The translations under genes were made by a program, and so were the position numbers. A DNA stretch of 39,485 nucleotides, from the IMG/VR virus record IMGVR_UViG_2534682294_000013, one strand, 5' to 3'. Shown piece after piece: positions 14,017-27,536 of this stretch. The notes below the pieces were generated by a model. The model did not search any database, was not told where the DNA came from, and saw only the letters and a program-made list of their open reading frames with translations. The DNA is from a virus (taxonomy: Duplodnaviria > Heunggongvirae > Uroviricota > Caudoviricetes). Numbering within the stretch: the first letter of the stretch is position 1; the number at the start of each line of letters is the position of its first letter.

Positions 14017-14733
14017 TCAGTTTGCCAGCGCCGCCTTCTGCGTCGCTACAATGGATTCGATTCCCCCTCGGGCCAGAGCCAACAAGGTGAGTAGCTCTTC
14101 ATGGGTGAACGGCTCGCCTTCTGCCGTCCCCTGCACTTCAATGATGCGCCCGTCTTCGGTCATCACTACGTTCATGTCGGTCTCTGCGGCAGAGTCTTCA
14201 ACGTATTCCAGATCGCAAACCGCTTCGCCGTTCACAATTCCGACAGAAACTGCGGCTACCATCCCTTTCATCGGGTTGGTTTTCAGCTTGCCGTTTTCCA
14301 CCAGCTTCTGTAGCGCATCTGCCAGCGCCACGCAGGCACCCGTAATCGACGCGGTACGCGTGCCACCATCAGCCTGAAGCACGTCGCAGTCCAGCGTAAT
14401 GGTGAACTCACCCAGCGCTTTCAAATCTACTGCCGCGCGAAGAGCACGGGCGATCAGACGCTGGATTTCCATTGTGCGTCCACCCTGCTTACCTTTCGCC
14501 GCTTCACGAGCGTTACGGGTGTGGGTAGAACGTGGCAGCATGCCGTACTCTGCGGTGATCCAGCCCTGGCCCTGACCTTTCAGGAAGCGCGGCACGCCTT
14601 CTTCAATAGAGGCGGTACACAACACTTTGGTATCGCCAAATTCGACCAGCACCGAGCCTTCTGCATGTTTTGTATAGTTACGAGTCAGGGTAACGGGACG
14701 CACCTGATTATTGCTACGGCCTGCTGGACGCAT
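14017..14733 (-). CDS. rph: ribonuclease PH (full length)
   Basis: ORF track 14017-14757 trimmed to [38 protein letters not shown]... (238 aa); reading frame intact to the C-terminus. Confidence 0.9.
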   Translation of the reverse strand: MRPAGRSNNQVRPVTLTRNYTKHAEGSVLVEFGDTKVLCTASIEEGVPRFLKGQGQGWITAEYGMLPRSTHTRNAREAAKGKQGGRTMEIQRLIARALRAAVDLKALGEFTITLDCDVLQADGGTRTASITGACVALADALQKLVENGKLKTNPMKGMVAAVSVGIVNGEAVCDLEYVEDSAAETDMNVVMTEDGRIIEVQGTAEGEPFTHEELLTLLALARGGIESIVATQKAALAN

Positions 14734-14859
14734 ATTGAAATCTCCGGCTTGAAACAAATGTGGCTGCGCATTATACGGACTTCCGGCGGTTATTCCTATC
14801 CTGACAAGGCATCGATGGCTATAATCCTTCCACCTCTCCTTTTATAAACAGGAACGTCT

Positions 14860-15723
14860 ATGATCCGCAGTATGACCGCCTACGCCCGGCGTGAAATCAA
14901 GGGTGAATGGGGGAGCGCAACCTGGGAAATGCGCTCGGTAAACCAGCGTTATCTGGAAACTTACTTTCGTCTGCCGGAGCAGTTCCGTAGCCTTGAACCT
15001 GTCGTTCGCGAGCGTATTCGTTCTCGCCTGACGCGCGGTAAAGTGGAATGTACCCTGCGCTATGAGCCAGATGTTAGCGCGCAAGGTGAGCTGATCCTCA
15101 ACGAAAAACTGGCTAAACAGCTGGTAACTGCCGCGAACTGGGTAAAAATGCAGAGTGACGAAGGGGAAATCAACCCGGTTGATATTCTACGCTGGCCGGG
15201 CGTGATGGCAGCCCAGGAGCAGGATCTTGACGCCATTGCCGCTGAAATTCTCGCGGCGCTGGATGGTACGCTGGACGACTTTATTGTCGCGCGCGAAACC
15301 GAAGGTCAGGCACTGAAAGCATTGATCGTGCAGCGTCTGGAAGGCGTCACCGCCGAAGTGGTCAAAGTCCGCGCCCATATGCCGGAAATCCTGCAATGGC
15401 AGCGTGAGCGTCTGGTCGCGAAGCTGGAAGATGCTCAGGTTCAGTTGGAAAACAACCGTCTGGAGCAGGAGCTGGTTCTGCTGGCACAACGAATTGACGT
15501 TGCCGAAGAACTGGACCGCCTGGAAGCGCATGTCAAAGAGACCTACAACATTCTGAAGAAAAAAGAAGCCGTTGGTCGTCGTCTGGACTTTATGATGCAG
15601 GAATTCAACCGCGAGTCGAACACTCTTGCGTCGAAGTCTATCAATGCCGAAGTGACAAACTCCGCGATTGAGCTGAAAGTGTTGATTGAGCAGATGCGCG
15701 AGCAGATTCAGAACATTGAATAA
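14860..15723 (+). CDS. yicC: YicC-family stress-induced protein
   Basis: 287-aa ORF MIRSMTAYARREIKGEWGSATWEMRSVNQRYLE...; conserved neighbour of rph/dinD. Confidence 0.85.
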   Translation: MIRSMTAYARREIKGEWGSATWEMRSVNQRYLETYFRLPEQFRSLEPVVRERIRSRLTRGKVECTLRYEPDVSAQGELILNEKLAKQLVTAANWVKMQSDEGEINPVDILRWPGVMAAQEQDLDAIAAEILAALDGTLDDFIVARETEGQALKALIVQRLEGVTAEVVKVRAHMPEILQWQRERLVAKLEDAQVQLENNRLEQELVLLAQRIDVAEELDRLEAHVKETYNILKKKEAVGRRLDFMMQEFNRESNTLASKSINAEVTNSAIELKVLIEQMREQIQNIE

Positions 15724-15760
15724 CTCGTAACGCCAATTCTTACTTTTCAGCCTTCACAAA

Positions 15761-15790
15761 TGCCGCCCACTCAAACAGAGCGGCATTTTT
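15761..15790 (+). terminator. intrinsic terminator downstream of yicC
   Basis: tgccgc-ccactcaaacagag-cggcattttt: 6-bp GC-rich stem followed by T5, ~40 nt after the yicC stop. Confidence 0.5.
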
Positions 15791-15882
15791 CTTCCCCGCA
15801 ACTTCAATTCTGTTTTGCGTGCCTGCTCCAGATTTTGTGATGTTTTTTTGCCCAGCACACTGAGAACGTGAGATACTCACAA

Positions 15883-15898
15883 CTGTATATAAATACAG
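15883..15898. promoter_or_regulatory. LexA box (SOS operator) upstream of dinD
   Basis: CTGTATATAAATACAG, a perfect CTGT-N8-ACAG palindrome ~45 nt upstream of the dinD start. Confidence 0.8.
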
Positions 15899-15943
15899 TT
15901 ACAGATTTACTTTCTTTGCAATCGATATCACATGGAGTGGGCA

Positions 15944-16768
15944 ATGAACGAACATCATCAACCTTTTGAAGAAATACGGCATTATGGCACTGAAGGGCAA
16001 GAATTTTGGTCAGCTAGAGAATTGGCACCGTTACTGGATTATCGGGACTGGCGCAATTTTCAAAAGGTACTGGCCCGCGCGACTCAAGCGTGCGAAGCCA
16101 GCAATCAAGCTGCATCTGACCATTTCGTTGAAACCACCAAAATGGTTGTATTAGGTTCAGGGGCTCAACGAGAACTTGAAGATGTTCATCTCTCCCGCTA
16201 TGCCTGTTACCTGGTAGTACAAAACGGCGACCCTGCGAAACCGGTCATTGCGGCAGGGCAGACTTATTTTGCTATCCAGACCCGACGGCAGGAGCTTGCT
16301 GACGATGAAGCATTTAAGCAACTTCGTGAAGACGAAAAGCGTCTGTTTCTGAGAAATGAGTTGAAAGAACATAACAAACAATTGGTTGAGGCAGCACAGC
16401 AAGCTGCGGTAGCGACAGCTACTGATTTCGCCATATTTCAGAATCATGGTTACCAGGGGCTGTATGGTGGATTAGATCAGAAAGCCATCCACCAACTGAA
16501 GGGGCTGAAAAAGAGTCAGAAGATCCTGGATCATATGGGTTCAACAGAACTGGCGGCTAATCTCTTTCGAGCTACCCAAACAGAAGAAAAACTCAAGCGG
16601 GATGGCGTGAATTCAAAACAGCAAGCTAATACCACACACTTTGATGTGGGTAGCAAGGTGAGGCAAACCATTCAGGAACTTGGCGGAACCATGCCTGAGG
16701 AGTTGCCGACCCCGCAGGTCAGCATCAAGCAGTTGGAAAACAGTGTAAAAATTACAGAGAAGAAATAG
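15944..16768 (+). CDS. dinD: DNA damage-inducible protein D
   Basis: ORF track 15932-16768 trimmed to MNEHHQPFEEIRHYGTEGQEFW... (274 aa); preceded by a LexA box. Confidence 0.85.
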   Translation: MNEHHQPFEEIRHYGTEGQEFWSARELAPLLDYRDWRNFQKVLARATQACEASNQAASDHFVETTKMVVLGSGAQRELEDVHLSRYACYLVVQNGDPAKPVIAAGQTYFAIQTRRQELADDEAFKQLREDEKRLFLRNELKEHNKQLVEAAQQAAVATATDFAIFQNHGYQGLYGGLDQKAIHQLKGLKKSQKILDHMGSTELAANLFRATQTEEKLKRDGVNSKQQANTTHFDVGSKVRQTIQELGGTMPEELPTPQVSIKQLENSVKITEKK

Positions 16769-17059
16769 CAGAAACTAAAAACTCTTTTTGTTGATTGAGA
16801 TACCCGATGCGTAAGCCAAAGTCCAGGTGCGGTGAACACAATGGCTAAACATTGCACCTTTCTTTTCCACCCCTCAATTTTAACCTATTTTTTCTTATGC
16901 ATTTTCTCAGACAAGAAGTCAGAAGAATGCATCTACGCTACAGAAAATAGCGATTTCACATAACTACAAGTTATCAATTTCCTCTCACCTTAAAAAATCT
17001 CAATCGTGACAATACGCACAAATCGCTACCCTGCCAGACAGATTTTTAGGGAGAGAACC

Positions 17060-19470
<2,411 letters not shown>

Positions 19471-19489
19471 TCACAGGCAAATGCGGAAA

Positions 19490-20237
<748 letters not shown>

Positions 20238-20291
20238 ACCTGATTTCAGTATCATGCCCAGTCATTTCTTCACCTGTGGAGCTTTTTAAGT

Positions 20292-20567
20292 ATGGCACGC
20301 GTAACTGTTCAGGACGCTGTAGAGAAAATTGGTAACCGTTTTGACCTGGTACTGGTCGCCGCGCGTCGCGCTCGTCAGATGCAGGTAGGCGGAAAGGATC
20401 CGCTGGTACCGGAAGAAAACGATAAAACCACTGTAATCGCGCTGCGCGAAATCGAAGAAGGTCTGATCAACAACCAGATCCTCGACGTTCGCGAACGCCA
20501 GGAACAGCAAGAGCAGGAAGCCGCTGAATTACAAGCCGTTACCGCTATTGCTGAAGGTCGTCGTTAA
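20292..20567 (+). CDS. rpoZ: RNA polymerase omega subunit
   Basis: 91-aa [32 protein letters not shown]... Confidence 0.9.
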
Positions 20568-20585
20568 TCACAAAGCGGGTCGCCC

Positions 20586-22694
20586 TTGTATCTGTTTGAA
20601 AGCCTGAATCAACTGATTCAAACCTACCTGCCGGAAGACCAAATCAAGCGTCTGCGGCAGGCGTATCTCGTTGCACGTGATGCTCACGAGGGGCAAACAC
20701 GTTCAAGCGGTGAACCCTATATCACGCACCCGGTAGCGGTTGCCTGCATTCTGGCCGAGATGAAACTCGACTATGAAACGCTGATGGCGGCGCTGCTGCA
20801 TGACGTGATTGAAGATACTCCCGCCACCTACCAGGATATGGAACAGCTTTTTGGTAAAAGCGTCGCCGAGCTGGTAGAGGGGGTGTCGAAACTTGATAAA
20901 CTCAAGTTCCGCGATAAGAAAGAGGCGCAGGCCGAAAACTTTCGCAAGATGATTATGGCGATGGTGCAGGATATCCGCGTCATCCTCATCAAACTTGCCG
21001 ACCGTACCCACAACATGCGCACGCTGGGCTCACTTCGCCCGGACAAACGTCGCCGCATCGCCCGTGAAACTCTCGAAATTTACAGCCCGCTGGCGCACCG
21101 TTTAGGTATCCACCACATTAAAACCGAACTCGAAGAGCTGGGTTTTGAGGCGCTGTATCCCAACCGTTATCGCGTAATCAAAGAAGTGGTGAAAGCCGCG
21201 CGCGGCAACCGTAAAGAGATGATCCAGAAGATTCTTTCTGAAATCGAAGGGCGTTTGCAGGAAGCGGGAATACCGTGCCGCGTCAGTGGTCGCGAAAAGC
21301 ATCTTTATTCGATTTACTGTAAAATGGTGCTCAAAGAGCAGCGTTTTCACTCAATCATGGACATCTACGCTTTCCGCGTGATCGTCAATGATTCTGACAC
21401 CTGTTATCGCGTGCTGGGCCAGATGCACAGCCTGTACAAGCCGCGTCCGGGCCGCGTGAAAGACTATATCGCCATTCCAAAAGCGAACGGCTATCAGTCG
21501 TTGCACACCTCGATGATTGGCCCGCACGGCGTGCCGGTTGAGGTCCAGATCCGTACCGAAGATATGGATCAGATGGCGGAGATGGGTGTTGCCGCGCACT
21601 GGGCTTATAAAGAGCACGGCGAAACCAGTACTACCGCACAAATCCGCGCCCAGCGCTGGATGCAAAGCCTGCTGGAGCTGCAACAGAGCGCCGGTAGTTC
21701 GTTTGAATTTATCGAGAGCGTTAAATCCGATCTCTTCCCGGATGAGATTTACGTTTTCACACCGGAAGGGCGCATTGTCGAGCTGCCTGCCGGTGCAACG
21801 CCCGTCGACTTCGCTTATGCAGTGCATACCGATATCGGCCATGCCTGCGTGGGCGCACGCGTCGACCGCCAGCCTTACCCGCTGTCGCAGCCGCTTACTA
21901 GCGGTCAGACCGTTGAAATCATTACCGCTCCGGGCGCTCGCCCGAATGCCGCTTGGCTGAACTTTGTCGTTAGCTCGAAAGCGCGCGCCAAAATTCGTCA
22001 GTTGCTGAAAAACCTCAAGCGTGATGATTCTGTAAGCCTGGGCCGTCGTCTGCTCAACCATGCTTTGGGTGGTAGCCGTAAGCTCAATGAAATCCCGCAG
22101 GAAAATATTCAGCGCGAGCTGGATCGCATGAAGCTGGCAACGCTTGACGATCTGCTGGCAGAAATCGGCCTTGGTAACGCAATGAGCGTGGTGGTCGCGA
22201 AAAATCTACAACATGGGGACGCCTCCATTCCACCGGCGACTCAAAGCCACGGGCATCTGCCGATCAAAGGCGCTGATGGCGTGCTGATCACCTTTGCGAA
22301 ATGCTGCCGCCCCATTCCTGGCGACCCGATTATCGCCCACGTCAGCCCCGGTAAAGGTCTGGTGATCCACCATGAATCCTGCCGTAACATCCGTGGCTAC
22401 CAGAAAGAGCCAGAGAAGTTTATGGCTGTGGAATGGGATAAAGAGACGGCGCAGGAGTTCATCACCGAAATCAAGGTGGAGATGTTCAATCATCAGGGTG
22501 CGCTGGCAAACCTGACGGCGGCAATTAACACCACGACCTCGAATATTCAAAGTTTGAATACGGAAGAGAAAGATGGTCGCGTCTACAGCGCCTTTATTCG
22601 TCTGACCGCTCGTGACCGTGTGCATCTGGCGAATATCATGCGCAAAATCCGCGTGATGCCAGACGTGATTAAAGTCACCCGAAACCGAAATTAA
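20586..22694 (+). CDS. spoT: bifunctional (p)ppGpp synthetase II / hydrolase SpoT
   Basis: 702-aa ORF beginning at a TTG codon (ttg tat ctg ttt gaa agc) 19 nt after rpoZ; HD domain motif (HDVIEDT) and synthetase domain. Confidence 0.9.
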   Translation: MYLFESLNQLIQTYLPEDQIKRLRQAYLVARDAHEGQTRSSGEPYITHPVAVACILAEMKLDYETLMAALLHDVIEDTPATYQDMEQLFGKSVAELVEGVSKLDKLKFRDKKEAQAENFRKMIMAMVQDIRVILIKLADRTHNMRTLGSLRPDKRRRIARETLEIYSPLAHRLGIHHIKTELEELGFEALYPNRYRVIKEVVKAARGNRKEMIQKILSEIEGRLQEAGIPCRVSGREKHLYSIYCKMVLKEQRFHSIMDIYAFRVIVNDSDTCYRVLGQMHSLYKPRPGRVKDYIAIPKANGYQSLHTSMIGPHGVPVEVQIRTEDMDQMAEMGVAAHWAYKEHGETSTTAQIRAQRWMQSLLELQQSAGSSFEFIESVKSDLFPDEIYVFTPEGRIVELPAGATPVDFAYAVHTDIGHACVGARVDRQPYPLSQPLTSGQTVEIITAPGARPNAAWLNFVVSSKARAKIRQLLKNLKRDDSVSLGRRLLNHALGGSRKLNEIPQENIQRELDRMKLATLDDLLAEIGLGNAMSVVVAKNLQHGDASIPPATQSHGHLPIKGADGVLITFAKCCRPIPGDPIIAHVSPGKGLVIHHESCRNIRGYQKEPEKFMAVEWDKETAQEFITEIKVEMFNHQGALANLTAAINTTTSNIQSLNTEEKDGRVYSAFIRLTARDRVHLANIMRKIRVMPDVIKVTRNRN

Positions 22695-22700
22695 TGTTTT

Positions 22701-23390
22701 ATGAACCCAACACGTTATGCACGCATCTGCGAAATGCTCGCCAGGCGGCAGCCTGATCTGACCGTCTGCATGGAGCAGGTCCACAAACCTCATAACGTTT
22801 CTGCGATTATTCGTACCGCAGATGCCGTTGGCGTACATGAAGTTCACGCCGTCTGGCCTGGTAGCCGCATGCGCACCATGGCTTCGGCAGCGGCGGGTAG
22901 TAACAGCTGGGTACAGGTGAAAACACACCGCACCATTGGCGATGCCGTCGCTCATCTCAAAGGCCAGGGCATGCAGATTCTGGCAACCCATCTTTCTGAT
23001 AACGCTGTCGATTTCCGCGAAATTGATTACACTCGCCCGACCTGCATTTTGATGGGACAGGAGAAAACGGGCATCACGCAGGAAGCATTGGCCCTGGCGG
23101 ATCAGGACATCATCATTCCGATGATCGGCATGGTGCAGTCGCTGAATGTTTCCGTTGCCTCAGCCCTCATTCTTTACGAAGCCCAGCGTCAGCGGCAAAA
23201 TGCAGGCATGTACCTGCGTGAAAACAGCATGTTGCCGGAAGCAGAGCAACAACGCCTGTTGTTTGAAGGCGGCTATCCGGTGCTGGCGAAAGTCGCAAAA
23301 CGCAAAGGCCTGCCTTATCCCCACGTCAATCAGCAAGGCGAGATCGAAGCTGATGCCGACTGGTGGGCTACTATGCAGGCTGCAGGGTAA
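22701..23390 (+). CDS. trmH: tRNA (guanosine18-2'-O)-methyltransferase (SpoU)
   Basis: 229-aa ORF MNPTRYARICEMLARRQPDLTVCMEQVHKPHNVSAIIRTADAVG... Confidence 0.9.
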   Translation: MNPTRYARICEMLARRQPDLTVCMEQVHKPHNVSAIIRTADAVGVHEVHAVWPGSRMRTMASAAAGSNSWVQVKTHRTIGDAVAHLKGQGMQILATHLSDNAVDFREIDYTRPTCILMGQEKTGITQEALALADQDIIIPMIGMVQSLNVSVASALILYEAQRQRQNAGMYLRENSMLPEAEQQRLLFEGGYPVLAKVAKRKGLPYPHVNQQGEIEADADWWATMQAAG

Positions 23391-23395
23391 GTGCC

Positions 23396-25477
23396 ATGAC
23401 AGGTCGCCTGTTAGATGCTGTCCCACTCAGTTCCCTAACGGGCGTTGGCGCAGCACTTAGTAACAAACTGGCGAAAATCAACCTGCATACCGTGCAGGAT
23501 CTACTCTTACACCTTCCCCTGCGCTACGAAGATCGCACCCATCTCTACCCCATCGGAGAACTACTGCCGGGCGTTTATGCCACGGTGGAAGGCGAAGTGC
23601 TGAACTGCAATATCTCCTTCGGCGGTCGGCGGATGATGACCTGCCAGATCAGCGACGGTTCCGGCATCCTCACCATGCGCTTTTTCAATTTCAGCGCGGC
23701 AATGAAAAATAGCCTGGCGACGGGCCGCCGTGTACTGGCTTATGGCGAAGCAAAGCGCGGTAAATATGGTGCGGAGATGATCCACCCGGAATACCGCGTG
23801 CAGGGCGATCTCAGCACGCCAGAATTACAGGAAACGCTCACGCCGGTTTATCCAACAACGGAAGGCGTAAAGCAGGCCACGCTGCGTAAATTAACCGACC
23901 AGGCGCTGGATCTGCTCGACACCTGCGCCATTGAAGAACTCCTGCCGCCGGAACTGTCACAAGGAATGATGACGCTACCGGAAGCGTTGCGCACTTTGCA
24001 CCGCCCGCCACCGACGCTACAGCTTAGCGATCTGGAAACCGGGCAGCATCCAGCGCAACGTCGTCTGATTCTGGAAGAACTGCTGGCGCACAACCTCAGC
24101 ATGTTAGCCTTACGTGCCGGAGCACAGCGTTTTCATGCCCAGCCGCTGAGCGCCAATGATGCGCTGAAAAATAAACTCCTCGCAGCCTTACCGTTCAAGC
24201 CAACGGGCGCACAGGCACGCGTAGTGGCGGAGATCGAGCGCGATATGGCGCTGGATGTGCCGATGATGCGCCTGGTACAGGGCGATGTAGGTTCCGGTAA
24301 AACGCTGGTCGCCGCCCTCGCCGCGCTGCGTGCGATTGCCCACGGCAAACAGGTGGCATTGATGGCACCAACCGAATTACTCGCCGAACAGCACGCCAAT
24401 AACTTCCGCAACTGGTTTGAACCGCTCGGTATCGAAGTGGGCTGGCTCGCCGGTAAGCAGAAAGGCAAAGCGCGACTGTCTCAGCAGGAAGCCATCGCCA
24501 GCGGTCAGGTGCAGATGATTGTTGGTACGCACGCCATCTTCCAGGAACAGGTGCAGTTTAACGGTCTGGCGCTGGTGATTATCGACGAACAACATCGCTT
24601 TGGCGTGCATCAGCGTCTGGCGTTATGGGAGAAAGGCCAGCAGCAAGGCTTCCATCCGCATCAGTTGATCATGACCGCCACGCCGATCCCCCGCACGCTG
24701 GCAATGACGGCGTATGCCGATCTCGATACCTCGGTGATAGATGAGCTGCCGCCAGGCCGCACGCCAGTGACTACGGTCGCTATTCCTGATACCCGCCGTA
24801 CCGACATCATTGACCGCGTGCGCCACGCCTGCATAACTGAAGGTCGTCAGGCGTACTGGGTTTGTACGTTGATTGAAGAGTCAGAGTTACTGGAAGCGCA
24901 GGCGGCGGAAGCTACCTGGGAAGAGTTGAAACTGGCGCTACCAGAATTGAATGTTGGCCTGGTACACGGGCGGATGAAACCAGCCGAGAAACAGGCGGTG
25001 ATGGCGTCGTTTAAACAAGGTGAGCTACATCTGCTAGTTGCCACTACCGTTATTGAAGTCGGTGTTGATGTGCCTAACGCCAGCCTGATGATTATCGAAA
25101 ACCCTGAGCGTCTGGGTCTGGCGCAGTTACACCAGCTTCGCGGGCGTGTAGGTCGTGGTGCGGTGGCTTCTCACTGCGTGCTGCTCTACAAAACGCCGCT
25201 CTCCAAAACCGCGCAAATTCGGCTGCAAGTGCTGCGCGACAGCAACGACGGTTTTGTGATTGCACAGAAAGACTTAGAGATTCGCGGACCGGGTGAACTG
25301 TTAGGTACGCGTCAGACGGGTAATGCTGAGTTTAAAGTGGCGGATTTACTGCGCGATCAGGCGATGATCCCGGAAGTTCAGCGCCTGGCGCGACATATTC
25401 ACGAACGTTACCCACAACAAGCAAAAGCCCTGATAGAACGCTGGATGCCGGAGACGGAACGTTACTCCAACGCATGA
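23396..25477 (+). CDS. recG: ATP-dependent DNA helicase RecG
   Basis: ORF track 23363-25477 trimmed to MTGRLLDAVPLSSLTGVGAALSNKLAKI... (693 aa); helicase motifs GDVGSGKT and DEQHRFG. Confidence 0.9.
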   Translation: MTGRLLDAVPLSSLTGVGAALSNKLAKINLHTVQDLLLHLPLRYEDRTHLYPIGELLPGVYATVEGEVLNCNISFGGRRMMTCQISDGSGILTMRFFNFSAAMKNSLATGRRVLAYGEAKRGKYGAEMIHPEYRVQGDLSTPELQETLTPVYPTTEGVKQATLRKLTDQALDLLDTCAIEELLPPELSQGMMTLPEALRTLHRPPPTLQLSDLETGQHPAQRRLILEELLAHNLSMLALRAGAQRFHAQPLSANDALKNKLLAALPFKPTGAQARVVAEIERDMALDVPMMRLVQGDVGSGKTLVAALAALRAIAHGKQVALMAPTELLAEQHANNFRNWFEPLGIEVGWLAGKQKGKARLSQQEAIASGQVQMIVGTHAIFQEQVQFNGLALVIIDEQHRFGVHQRLALWEKGQQQGFHPHQLIMTATPIPRTLAMTAYADLDTSVIDELPPGRTPVTTVAIPDTRRTDIIDRVRHACITEGRQAYWVCTLIEESELLEAQAAEATWEELKLALPELNVGLVHGRMKPAEKQAVMASFKQGELHLLVATTVIEVGVDVPNASLMIIENPERLGLAQLHQLRGRVGRGAVASHCVLLYKTPLSKTAQIRLQVLRDSNDGFVIAQKDLEIRGPGELLGTRQTGNAEFKVADLLRDQAMIPEVQRLARHIHERYPQQAKALIERWMPETERYSNA

Positions 25478-26328
25478 CCAGACTCATCACAAGACAAGTC
25501 ACGCAGTAAATCTTCAATCTGGATAGTGAGGATATCCATTGCCTCATACGCATCCTGTGCAATTCGCGCCGCCATTGCGCCTTCCGGTTCACCACGCAGA
25601 ATTTCAGCCGCTGCCTGTACGCCAGCCACAATCATTTCAGGTGTTAACATTTGGCGAAGAAAAGCGCGATTATCAGAGGACCAGCCATCTTTATGGCCTA
25701 ATGGATGCCCCCAGCCTATCCATTCTTGCGACCATAACGGATTGGCTTCTATGGGATAAATTAGATGCGCGGCATACTGAATAGCACACACCGCTTTTCC
25801 TGGCGTATCCAGCGCCCACCAGCGCGACCAGAGAGAACGAATTAACGGCGCGGCCCCACCCAGAGTATTGAACACCGCCAGCCAGCAAAGAACGTTATTG
25901 AAACCACGCTCGTTATCCATACGCTGCAACGCGGTGTCCAGTAAAAATTGCCGTACCTGCTGGCGTTGGGAAGCATTCATCATCTCCTGCCAGAGATAGG
26001 GCCGACACAATGCCTTCATTAAGGATTCTTCGAAGTGATCACCATAACCGCCAGCTAAAACGGTTTCATGCCATTGCGCCAGGCAGAGCGGAAACAGATA
26101 GCGAAACAACTCTATTTGCATCGGTTCGTTATAAACGAGATTGAGTACATAGTAAGCACTCAAATCCCATTCGCTGATCTGCTGCCACTCTTTAGCCGCC
26201 AGCGCCTTGAGTTCGGCATCTGCGTAATCAAATTCCGTTTCCCATACACAGAGCACTGGCGGCTCATCACCAAAAATATGGCGACAGTGTTCACGTAGCG
26301 TTTCCGGTTCCTTCCGACGCTTTTTCAT
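25462..26328 (-). CDS. hypothetical protein, 288 aa, Trp-rich, no recognisable motif
   Basis: Long open frame (MKKRRKEPETLREHCRHIFGDEPPVL...) starting 2 nt after the gltS stop, with no competing long ORF on the other strand; 3' end overlaps the recG 3' end by 16 nt. I do not recognise the product. Confidence 0.65.
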   Translation of the reverse strand: MKKRRKEPETLREHCRHIFGDEPPVLCVWETEFDYADAELKALAAKEWQQISEWDLSAYYVLNLVYNEPMQIELFRYLFPLCLAQWHETVLAGGYGDHFEESLMKALCRPYLWQEMMNASQRQQVRQFLLDTALQRMDNERGFNNVLCWLAVFNTLGGAAPLIRSLWSRWWALDTPGKAVCAIQYAAHLIYPIEANPLWSQEWIGWGHPLGHKDGWSSDNRAFLRQMLTPEMIVAGVQAAAEILRGEPEGAMAARIAQDAYEAMDILTIQIEDLLRDLSCDESGHALE

Positions 26329-26330
26329 TT

Positions 26331-27536
26331 TTAACCGGCAAAAATCGGCAACATTAAATACAGCTTAATCACCAGCGCATTGACGATATCGATAAAGAAC
26401 GCACCGACCATCGGCACCACCAAAAACGCCATGTGCGACGGGCCAAAGCGTTCAGTGATCGCCTGCATGTTGGCGATTGCCGTTGGCGTTGCACCGAGGC
26501 CAAAACCACAGTGACCCGCAGCCAGCACTGCCGCATCGTAGTTTTTGCCCATCATGCGCCAGGTAACGAAGATGGCATACAACGCCATGAAGATGGTCTG
26601 TACCACCAGAATCGCCAGCATCGGCAGCGCCAGCGAAGCCAGCTCCCACAGTTTCAGCCCCATCAGCGCCATCGCCAGGAACAACGACAGGCTTACGTTA
26701 CCCAGCACGGATACCGCACGCTCAAAGACGCGGTAAAAGCCCATCATTGACAGACCGTTGCTCAGAATCACGCCAACAAACAGTACACAGACGAAGGTCG
26801 GCAGTTCAAAAGCAGTGCCAGCCAAAAGTTGCGCAACAATTTTCCCCACCGTCAGGCAGATAGCAATCAGCGCGATAGTTTCAATCAGCACCAGCGAGGT
26901 GATCATGCGGCCCACATCCGGCTTTTCAAACGCCGTCGGGACTTCCTGGTCATCCGGAATACCGTTCGGCGTGGTGGAGTGTTTCACCAGATAGCGCGCC
27001 ACCGGACCGCCAATCAAGCCGCCCAGCACCAGACCGAACGTTGCACAGGCCATCGCCACTTCCGTCGCATTGGTGAAGCCATAACGTTCAATGAACAATT
27101 TACTCCACGCAGCGCCCGTACCGTGACCGCCGGAAAGCGTAATAGAACCGGCCAACAGCCCCATCAGCGGATCAAGCCCTAACAGGCTAGCCATACCAAT
27201 GCCAATGGCATTTTGCATCACCAACAGACCAACAACCACAATCAAGAAGATGCCAACCACACGCCCACCGGCACGCAAACTGGCAATGTTGGCGTTCAGG
27301 CCAATGGTGGCGAAGAAAGCCAGCATTAACGGATCGCGCAGGGACATATCAAAGTTGACTTCCCAGCCCATGCTTTTTTTCAGTACTAGTAGCGCCAGCG
27401 CCACCAACAAACCACCCGCAACAGGTTCCGGTATGGTGTATTTCTTCAAAAAGGAGACGGAATGGACCAACTTACGCCCGAGCAACAACGTCAGCGTTGC
27501 GGCAACAAGCGTTGCTAAAGTATCGAGATGAAACAT
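26331..27536 (-). CDS. gltS: sodium/glutamate symporter
   Basis: 401-aa polytopic membrane ORF MFHLDTLATLVAATLTLLLGRKL... Confidence 0.9.
   Translation of the reverse strand: MFHLDTLATLVAATLTLLLGRKLVHSVSFLKKYTIPEPVAGGLLVALALLVLKKSMGWEVNFDMSLRDPLMLAFFATIGLNANIASLRAGGRVVGIFLIVVVGLLVMQNAIGIGMASLLGLDPLMGLLAGSITLSGGHGTGAAWSKLFIERYGFTNATEVAMACATFGLVLGGLIGGPVARYLVKHSTTPNGIPDDQEVPTAFEKPDVGRMITSLVLIETIALIAICLTVGKIVAQLLAGTAFELPTFVCVLFVGVILSNGLSMMGFYRVFERAVSVLGNVSLSLFLAMALMGLKLWELASLALPMLAILVVQTIFMALYAIFVTWRMMGKNYDAAVLAAGHCGFGLGATPTAIANMQAITERFGPSHMAFLVVPMVGAFFIDIVNALVIKLYLMLPIFAG

Noticed and set aside
21351-22061. 236-aa minus-strand ORF (and the 261-aa one at 22206-22991) inside spoT/trmH
   Set aside because: They lie antisense within well-supported, recognisable genes (spoT, trmH) and have no start-site signals; typical shadow ORFs.
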